From Longimicrobiales bacterium (GTDB lineage Bacteria; Gemmatimonadota; Gemmatimonadetes; Longimicrobiales; Gaopeijiaceae), in contig CBDANQ010000026.1 of assembly GCA_965197725.1 (NCBI GenBank), forward strand, positions 1-25,287: a stretch of DNA of 25,287 nt. The letters are read 5' to 3'. Position numbers and translations under genes: made by a program. Of this stretch, positions 15,570 to 22,341 are shown in pieces. The notes under the pieces are model-generated. The model was not told the origin of the DNA and did not search any database. It saw nothing but the letters and a program-made list of their open reading frames with translations. The stretch's first letter is position 1. Each line of letters opens with the position of its first letter.

Positions 15570-17704
15570 GAGACCGGGCCTGCGGCGGCCGCAACCGCGG
15601 CAGTGGTCTCCACCCGCGCGCCGAGCACGGCGACCAGGTTCGAGGCCGCATCGACCGTGACCCGATCGGCCGGCCCGACGACCACGGTGGACTCGCGCTC
15701 CTCGACCAGGGCCGGCCCCTCGATCGTGGCGTCGCGGGCGAGTGCGTAACGGTCGTAGACAGGGGTATCGATCCACCCGTGCCCGGCGAAGTACGCACGG
15801 CGCTCGCCCTTGCGTGCGCCCGCGGGCGATTGTGCGCCACCGCCCGCGATCGCATAGCCCGCATCGAGGCCGGGCGCGGGGCCGCGCGCCTCGACCTTCC
15901 AGGTTGTGATCACCAGCGGTGCGTCGAGGTAGGCGAAGGCAAAGAGCGTCTCGTAGCGGCGCCGGAAGAGCGCCGGAAGGTCGGCGAGGCACGCGCCCGG
16001 ATCCGCTCCGGCGGGCAGGGTCACCTCGATCTCGTGCCCCTGGCCGTGATAGCGCATGTCGAGACGGCGCTCGATCGCGATCGCGGAGGCGTCGAGCCCG
16101 GCCGCGAGGAGCGGGGTGCACGCCTCGGCCTCGATCGCGGCGAATGCGCCCGCGAACGTGACCGCATCCAGGTCGCGCACGAACCGCTGTCGGGTCTGGG
16201 CCACCTCGAACGCGAGGGGGCTCGCAAGCAGCCCGAGGGCGGACATCACCCCCGCTGCGACCGGGAATACCACGCGCGGGATGCCGAGCTTCCTCGCCAC
16301 CCCCAGTGCGTGTACCGGTCCCGAGCCGCCGAACGCGATCATCGACCCTGCCCGGTAGTCGAAGCCGCGCTCGGAGGCGTGGATGCGGAAGGCGCGAGCG
16401 ACGTCCTCGCTCACGATGTCGTGGATGCCGGAGGCGGCTCGCTCGAGCGCGAGCCCGAGCGGCGCGGCGACACGCGTCTCGACGGCGCGCTCAGCCGCCC
16501 CGCGATCGAGCGCCATCTCGCCGCCCAGGAAGAAGCCGGGGTCGAGGTAGCCGAGCACGAGGTTCGCGTCGGTGAGCGTCGCCTCGGTCCCGCCGCGTGC
16601 GTAGCACGCGGGTCCGGGATCCGCCCCGGCGCTGCGCGGCCCCACCCGGATCGTGCCACGGGCATCGATCCCAGCAATGCTGCCCCCGCCCGCACCGATC
16701 TCGATCATGTCGATCACCGGGGTGCGCAGAGGCAGCCCGCTGCCCGCCTTGAACTCGTGCTCGCGCGCGACCTCGAGCGAGTACACCTTCATCGCGTCGC
16801 CGTCGCGAACCAGTGCCCCCTTCGCGGTCGTGCCGCCCATGTCGAACGAGAGCAGGTCCGGGAGCCCGAGCGCGCGGCCCTGGAACACCGACATCCGCGC
16901 GCCGGCGGCGGGCCCCGACTCGACCACCCGCACCGGGAGGCGCCGCGCGGTCTCGGGCGCCAGGGTGCCGCCGCTCGAGCTCATCACGTGGAGCCGACCG
17001 CGGAAGCCGAGCGACGCGAGCCCGCTCTCGATGCGCTCGAGGTAGCGGTCGAACATCGGACGGGTGAACGCGTTGACGCAGGTCGTGGTGAAGCGCTCGA
17101 ACTCGCGGCGTCCCGGGAAGACCTCCGAAGAGGTCGAGACCGAGACACCCGGAAACCGGGACTCGACCAGCTTGTGCAGCGCGACCTCGTGCGTCGGATT
17201 CGCGTACGCGTGCAGGAGACAGATCGCGAGCGCCTCGATGCCCTCGCGCTCGACGAGATCGCGCACCGCAATCTCGGCCGCGTCGAGATCGAGCTCGGTC
17301 TCGACGGTGCCGTCGAAGCGCACCCGCTCGCGGACCTCGCGCCGCAGCGCACGGGGCACGAGAGGATCGGGGAAGGTGATGCGCAGATCGAAGATGTCGT
17401 AGCGCTTCTCGTGACGCATATCGAGAATGTCCCGGAAGCCGTCCGTCGTCAGCATCCCGGTTCGCGCACCCTTTCGCTCGATGACGGCGTTGGTGACGAG
17501 CGTCGTACCGTGCACGACCTCGCTGACTCGCCCGACGTCGACCGCCTCACGTGCGAGGAGCGCCGCGACCCCGTCTACGACCGCAACGGAGGGATCCTCG
17601 GGGGTAGTGAGCTGCTTGGAGATCGCGAGGGCGCCGCTCTCGGCGTCGAAGAGCGCGAAGTCCGTAAAGGTACCCCCGATGTCGATGCCGAGGCGGTAGC
17701 TCAT
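15566..17704 (-). CDS. hyuA: Hydantoinase A / oxoprolinase family subunit (ATP-binding)
   Basis: Motifs GIDIGGTFTD, VHGTTL.TNA, HAYANP.HE, REFER..TT..NA, ESGPAAG, DMGGTT, IGAGGGS, VGP.SAGADPGPACY, TDAN, FGGSGP.H and RY.GQ.HE. ATG 17704 forms an ATGA overlap with the dgdA stop. Confidence 0.95.
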   Translation of the reverse strand: MSYRLGIDIGGTFTDFALFDAESGALAISKQLTTPEDPSVAVVDGVAALLAREAVDVGRVSEVVHGTTLVTNAVIERKGARTGMLTTDGFRDILDMRHEKRYDIFDLRITFPDPLVPRALRREVRERVRFDGTVETELDLDAAEIAVRDLVEREGIEALAICLLHAYANPTHEVALHKLVESRFPGVSVSTSSEVFPGRREFERFTTTCVNAFTRPMFDRYLERIESGLASLGFRGRLHVMSSSGGTLAPETARRLPVRVVESGPAAGARMSVFQGRALGLPDLLSFDMGGTTAKGALVRDGDAMKVYSLEVAREHEFKAGSGLPLRTPVIDMIEIGAGGGSIAGIDARGTIRVGPRSAGADPGPACYARGGTEATLTDANLVLGYLDPGFFLGGEMALDRGAAERAVETRVAAPLGLALERAASGIHDIVSEDVARAFRIHASERGFDYRAGSMIAFGGSGPVHALGVARKLGIPRVVFPVAAGVMSALGLLASPLAFEVAQTRQRFVRDLDAVTFAGAFAAIEAEACTPLLAAGLDASAIAIERRLDMRYHGQGHEIEVTLPAGADPGACLADLPALFRRRYETLFAFAYLDAPLVITTWKVEARGPAPGLDAGYAIAGGGAQSPAGARKGERRAYFAGHGWIDTPVYDRYALARDATIEGPALVEERESTVVVGPADRVTVDAASNLVAVLGARVETTAAVAAAAGPVS

Positions 17705-18978
17705 GCCGCGCGCGTGCACTCGACGAGTGCCTGATCGAGGATCGTCACCGCGGTATCGATCTGATCGCGGGACACGGTGAGCGGTGGCGCGATCCGGAAC
17801 ACGTTGGCCTGCGAGCGGCGCCCGATGTTAAGGCTCGCCCCTAGCTCGAGGCAGCGCCGGCTGACCGCCGTCCCCAGATCGAGCGCGGGTCGTTTGCTGC
17901 GCCGGTCTAGGACCAGCTCCAGCCCGAGCAGGAGGCCGCGGCCGCGGACGTCGCCGACCGCTTCGTGTCGCTGCTGCAGCTCGCGGAGCAGCGCCTTCAA
18001 GTACGTCCCGAGCTCGCGGGCCCGCTCGGCCAGCTTGTCGCGCACAACGATCTCGATCACCTTCCGCCCGACCGCGGCCGGGAGCGGATCCGCGGCGTGG
18101 GTCGTGTAGAAGAGGTAGTCGCGCTCGAAGCAGGTCTGCTCTAGCGCACGCGAGGTGATCGTCGCCGATAGCGGCAACCCCGCCCCCAGGGTCTTCGACA
18201 GGGTGAGCACGTCGGGCACCACCCCGTCGTGCTCGAACGCGAACAGGTCGCCCGTGCGCCCGAGACCGGTCTGGGCCTCGTCCACGACGAGGAGCATGCC
18301 GCGCGCGCGACAGCGTTCGGCAAGCGCCGGGAGGTACCCCTTCGGCAGCTCGATGATGCCGCCAGAGCTCAGAATCGGCTCGACGATGCATGCCGCGAGA
18401 CTGCCGACCGACTGGCGATCGATCAACTCGAAGCCGTAGTCAAGCTCGCCCTCCCAGTCGTAGCGACTCTCGCTCGCGAACGGCGAGCGATAGGCGTGCG
18501 GGGTCGGCAGCGCGAGCGCACCGGGCAGTGCTGGCCCGTAGCCGCGGCGCCCGCCATTGAAGGTCGCGGACGCCGCCCCTCCGGTCACGCCGTGCCAGGA
18601 CTGGTCGAAGGCGACGGTCTCGAAGCCGCCGGTCGCGAGCTTCGCGATCTTGAGCGCGGCCTCGTTCGACTCGCCGCCGGTACTGAGCGGCAGCACCGCA
18701 GAGAGCGACGGCGGCAGGATCGCGGCGAGCGCCTCTGCGAACTCGATGACCGGCGTCGAGAGGAAGCTGCTGTGAAGGTGGTCGAGCGCGCCGACTGCCT
18801 CGCGCACGGTGGCGACGATCTCGGGGTGCGAGTGACCGAGGATCGCGCTCATCTGACCAGAGGTGAAGTCGAGGATCGCCCGGTCGTCGCGATCGTAGAG
18901 ACAGGCGCCCTCGGCGTGCTCGATCAGCAGATCGGCGAACTCGCCACCGTAGCGAAAGACGTGGTGATCAGCGGGCAC
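17701..18978 (-). CDS. dgdA: 2,2-dialkylglycine decarboxylase-like PLP enzyme (aminotransferase class III)
   Basis: LDFTSGQMSAILGHSHPEIV, QSWHG.TG, ELDY.F.LIDRQS.G.LAA, EPILSSGGIIELP.GY, DEAQTG.GRTG, LTLSKTLGAGLPL, YLFYTTH..DPLPAAVG and VFRIAPPLTVS match Burkholderia cepacia DGD as I recall it, not just a generic class III enzyme. GGAGGA RBS before the GTG. Confidence 0.85.
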   Translation of the reverse strand: MPADHHVFRYGGEFADLLIEHAEGACLYDRDDRAILDFTSGQMSAILGHSHPEIVATVREAVGALDHLHSSFLSTPVIEFAEALAAILPPSLSAVLPLSTGGESNEAALKIAKLATGGFETVAFDQSWHGVTGGAASATFNGGRRGYGPALPGALALPTPHAYRSPFASESRYDWEGELDYGFELIDRQSVGSLAACIVEPILSSGGIIELPKGYLPALAERCRARGMLLVVDEAQTGLGRTGDLFAFEHDGVVPDVLTLSKTLGAGLPLSATITSRALEQTCFERDYLFYTTHAADPLPAAVGRKVIEIVVRDKLAERARELGTYLKALLRELQQRHEAVGDVRGRGLLLGLELVLDRRSKRPALDLGTAVSRRCLELGASLNIGRRSQANVFRIAPPLTVSRDQIDTAVTILDQALVECTRAA

Positions 18979-19018
18979 GGGCCGCTCCTCCGAGCGCGCG
19001 GCGACACGCGCCTGGCCC

Positions 19019-19049
19019 GATTCGACGTAGAATCATCTGGCGTAGAGTA
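19019..19049. promoter_or_regulatory. Divergent promoter region with 16-bp near-palindrome
   Basis: GATTCGACGTAGAATC (19019-19034, 14/16 self-complementary) contains plus-strand TAGAAT (19028-19033). Minus-strand TACTCT at 19044-19049. Confidence 0.4.
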
Positions 19050-19070
19050 GAGAAGAGAGGAGGCACGCTG

Positions 19071-20930
19071 ATGAGATGGTTCGTTATGGCATCGTTCGCC
19101 GTCACGGTGTTGCTGCCGGTGGTGACCTGGGGGCAAGTGACAGACTCAGCATACTACGTGATGTACGAGGAGCGGTGCGGGGTCTGTCATGGAACGACCG
19201 GTGCCGTCACCAACGCGGTCAGTCGCGAGGCCCTCCGAGCCATCTCCCCGGAACGGGTGCTCGAATCGCTGACGACCGGCGCAATGGCGGCCAATGCGAG
19301 CGGGCTCTCGGAGCAGGAGAAGCGCGGGCTGGCCGCGTGGGTGACCGGACGCCCGTTCGGACACGCGGCGGACCGCACAGCTGCGGCGATGCCGAACCGC
19401 TGTGCCGCTGGCATGCCGATGGGCGATCCGTCGACCGGGCCGCACTGGAACGGCATGAGCCCCGATCCCACGACGAGCGCTCGCTTTCAGCCCACCGCTG
19501 CCGCGGGGCTGACGGTGGATCAGGTGCCGCAGCTGCGGCGGAAGTGGGCGTTCGGCTTTCCGGATGGCAGCGCGGTCCGGGGCCAGCCGACGGTGGCTGG
19601 AGGTCGGGTATTCGTGGGTAGCGACAACGGGGTGGTGTACGCACTGGACGCGCAGACCGGCTGTGTGCACTGGTCCTTTGACGCCGGGGAAGCCGTCGTG
19701 ACGGCCGTGAGCGTGGGGAGCGTGCCCGGGTCGCAAGGCCGTCATGCCGCGTACTTTGGAGATTGGCGGGCGAACGTCCACGCCGTGGACGCCGAGACGG
19801 GCGAGTCGCTGTGGACGGTGGGCGTGGACTACCATGAGATGACGAAGATCACGGGGTCGCCGGTGCTCGATGCCCAGGGGGAACGCCTGTATGTCCCGGT
19901 CGCCTCGTGGGAGAAGGGCGCCGGCCAGATCAACCTCTCGTACGAGTGCTGCACCTCCCAGGGCAGCGTGGTGGCACTGGAGGCAGGAACCGGGCGGCAG
20001 ATCTGGAAGACCTATTCGATTCCCGAGCGTCCCAGGCCGGTCAGAAAGAACTCCGCCGGTACGCAGCTGTACGGCCCAGCGGGTGCCGGCATCTGGGTGG
20101 CGCCCACGCTCGACTACAGGCGCCGCGCACTCTACGTCGGTACGGCCAACGGCTACATCGATGTGCCGGACTCGGAGTCCAGTGACGCCATCATTGCCTT
20201 CGACCTCGACACCGGCAAGCGGCGCTGGTCGACTCAGCTGCTAGCCAACGACATGAACTGCGCAAGCGGAGGGACGGATGCAGACATCAGGCTCAACTGC
20301 CCCGGTTTCGTATTGAATCCGAACGACGATGTGTCGGGGTCGCCTGTTCTGTACACGCTGCCGAATGGACGTCAGATTCTGATCGCGGGGCAGGAGAGCG
20401 GAAGGATCACGGCACTGGATCCCGACAAGAGCGGCGCCGTGCTGTGGGTCGCGCAGGCTGGTGACGTGACTCCCCGAGACCAGGGCGGCGGCCTGGGCGC
20501 TGCGGCGGATGGAGAGCTCTACTACAGAGCCCTCGGGTTCCCCGACAAGACCGGTGCGATGGCTGCGCTCCGGCCTGCAACGGGAGAGCGGGTCTGGTAC
20601 ACCCCGCACGCCAAGCCGACGAGCTGCTCCGATCCCGAGGCGGACTGGTGCAGCTCGGGACTGTTCGCAGCAGCGACGGTGATCCCCGGCGCCGTGTTCG
20701 CAGGGGCGAGGGACGGCACCCTGCGTGCGTACTCGACGGGGGACGGCGAGATCCTGTGGGAGTACAACACCATGCAGGAGTACGAGACGGTGAACGGCGT
20801 GCGGGCCAAAGGGGGCACGATCGGTGGCCACGGGCCGGCGATCGTGGGGGGCATGCTGTTCATCGGAACCGGTTACGGCATCAGATACAGCGCCCCGGGC
20901 AACGTGCTGCTCGCGTTTGGCGTCGAGTGA
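19071..20930 (+). CDS. PQQ beta-propeller dehydrogenase with N-terminal cytochrome c (polyvinyl-alcohol dehydrogenase-like quinohemoprotein)
   Basis: Signal peptide, heme motif CGVCH, GL...QVP.L..KWAFGFP, repeated A.DA.TG...W propeller motifs, vicinal CC (YECC), TVNG..AKGG and C-terminal PGNVLLAF. AGGAGG RBS. Confidence 0.88.
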   Translation: MRWFVMASFAVTVLLPVVTWGQVTDSAYYVMYEERCGVCHGTTGAVTNAVSREALRAISPERVLESLTTGAMAANASGLSEQEKRGLAAWVTGRPFGHAADRTAAAMPNRCAAGMPMGDPSTGPHWNGMSPDPTTSARFQPTAAAGLTVDQVPQLRRKWAFGFPDGSAVRGQPTVAGGRVFVGSDNGVVYALDAQTGCVHWSFDAGEAVVTAVSVGSVPGSQGRHAAYFGDWRANVHAVDAETGESLWTVGVDYHEMTKITGSPVLDAQGERLYVPVASWEKGAGQINLSYECCTSQGSVVALEAGTGRQIWKTYSIPERPRPVRKNSAGTQLYGPAGAGIWVAPTLDYRRRALYVGTANGYIDVPDSESSDAIIAFDLDTGKRRWSTQLLANDMNCASGGTDADIRLNCPGFVLNPNDDVSGSPVLYTLPNGRQILIAGQESGRITALDPDKSGAVLWVAQAGDVTPRDQGGGLGAAADGELYYRALGFPDKTGAMAALRPATGERVWYTPHAKPTSCSDPEADWCSSGLFAAATVIPGAVFAGARDGTLRAYSTGDGEILWEYNTMQEYETVNGVRAKGGTIGGHGPAIVGGMLFIGTGYGIRYSAPGNVLLAFGVE

Positions 20931-20945
20931 CGCTTCCCGAAGCGT
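20930..20945. terminator. Short hairpin between convergent genes
   Basis: ACGCTT-CCCG-AAGCGT directly after the TGA of the PQQ gene. Weak U-tract. Confidence 0.25.
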
Positions 20946-20954
20946 TGCGGACCT

Positions 20955-22277
20955 TTAGCTGGACGACGCCGCAGACTCCATCGCTCGCGGGCCGAGTTCC
21001 AGCTCTTCCAGATCCGTCTTCAGCGTGCGCGCGGCAAGAAAGTAGTGGGCAGCGCACCACAAATTCAGAAACGCCAGAAAGAACAGAGCGACCCGCAGCG
21101 ACTCTTGACCGTAGTCTGCGGCAAACAGGTCGCTCAAGATCCCGACCAGCTGCGGCCCGAACCCCAGTCCGATGATGTTGAGGATGAATAGCGTGATGCT
21201 CGACGCCAATGCGCGCATCCGGACGTTGACCAGGCCTTGGACCAGCGCGAAGGTCGGCGCCAGGAAAAATCCGCCAAAAAACGCGGGGACGAGGTACACC
21301 GCGAGGAACGTCCAGAAGTCATCGACGACGAATACGAGCGCAAGGAACGGTACGTAGCCGCCCTTGGCGGCGGCCACCAGCCAGCAGCGCCAACGCTCGT
21401 CGCGCTTGGCCAACACGTCGACGAGCTTTCCAGCGGTAAAAGTCCCCAGGCCCCCGACGATGCCGGTCATCAAGGCGAGCGTCAGCCCGACTTCGGTCGG
21501 ACTCAGTCCGTGCGATCGCATGAGGAAGGACGGCATCCACAATACGAAGCCATAGCCAACGAACCCAGCCACCGATGCGCCTGCCACCAGATGACGAATC
21601 GACTTCACTCTCCACATCCGCGTCGCGACTGCGCTGAAAGGCGGCGCCTGGTCGTCGGATTGGCTCGCGACTTCCTCGCTCGCGCCGCGCTCAGGCTCCT
21701 GTGTCGTGAAGTACACCAGCGCTGCAATGACGAGGCCGGGCACGCCCACCGCAACGAAGGTCACGCGCCAGCCGAAGTGCTCGCTCATCCAGCCGCCGAC
21801 CAAGTAGGCGATCAAAAGGCCGACGTTGACGCCCAACGCGAATACGCCCATCGCGGTGCCGCGGGTGGCAGGTTCGAACAGATCCGCGATCACCGAATGG
21901 GAAGGTGGCGAGGAGCCCGCCTCGCCGCTCCCGACCCCGATGCGCGCGAGGGCAAGCTGGACAAACGTCTGCGCGACGCCACACAGCACCGTCATCAGGC
22001 TCCACACCGTGGTCGCGATTGCGATGATGTTGCGGCGATTCGTTCGGTCCGCAAGCATCGCGATAGGCATGCCTAGCGTCGCGTAGAAGATCGCGAAGGT
22101 CAGGCCGATCAAGAATCCCATCTGAGTGTCGCTGGCGTCGAGCTCGAGCTTGATCGGCTCCAGCAGGATGCCCATGATCTGCCGGTCCACGTGGCTCGAC
22201 GCATACACGGCGGTCAACACGCCGAGGACGTACCACTTGTACCGGGGCCTGGCAGCGATTCGATCACGAAGCGGCAT
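20955..22277 (-). CDS. MFS transporter, spinster family
   Basis: Motifs DRQI..IL.EPIK.EL..SDTQMG.L.G..FA.FY...G.P.A.LADR.NRRNII, ARIGVG.GEAG..PPSHS.IADLF and GWR..F...G.PG. About 12 hydrophobic segments. Start ATG 22277 (alternative GTG 22316). Confidence 0.92.
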   Translation of the reverse strand: MPLRDRIAARPRYKWYVLGVLTAVYASSHVDRQIMGILLEPIKLELDASDTQMGFLIGLTFAIFYATLGMPIAMLADRTNRRNIIAIATTVWSLMTVLCGVAQTFVQLALARIGVGSGEAGSSPPSHSVIADLFEPATRGTAMGVFALGVNVGLLIAYLVGGWMSEHFGWRVTFVAVGVPGLVIAALVYFTTQEPERGASEEVASQSDDQAPPFSAVATRMWRVKSIRHLVAGASVAGFVGYGFVLWMPSFLMRSHGLSPTEVGLTLALMTGIVGGLGTFTAGKLVDVLAKRDERWRCWLVAAAKGGYVPFLALVFVVDDFWTFLAVYLVPAFFGGFFLAPTFALVQGLVNVRMRALASSITLFILNIIGLGFGPQLVGILSDLFAADYGQESLRVALFFLAFLNLWCAAHYFLAARTLKTDLEELELGPRAMESAASSS

Positions 22278-22286
22278 GGCGGCGCC

Positions 22287-22317
22287 ACGATACTTCAGAT
22301 CCGTCCCGCGGTACACT
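22287..22317. promoter_or_regulatory. Back-to-back candidate -10 elements for MFS (TATCGT, minus) and hydrolase (TACACT, plus)
   Basis: Minus-strand TATCGT at 22287-22292, 9 nt before ATG 22277 with no RBS (leaderless-like). Plus-strand TACACT at 22312-22317 before an AGGAAGG RBS. Confidence 0.4.
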
Positions 22318-22341
22318 AGCCCAACAGGAAGGGCCCGATGA

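Noticed and set aside
15779..17734. 651-aa plus-strand ORF, and similar long ORFs such as 22719..24332, 30..1109, 14794..15864 and 22264..23397
   Set aside because: Antisense or alternate-frame shadows of clear genes. They are Arg/Ala/Gly-rich with no motifs, as expected in high-GC DNA.
2568..20930. Plastic-degradation locus (MHETase-like plus PVA-dehydrogenase-like genes)
   Set aside because: Both families are broad, the genes are about 15 kb apart, and no PETase or oxidised-PVA hydrolase is recognisable. Family membership alone does not support the claim.
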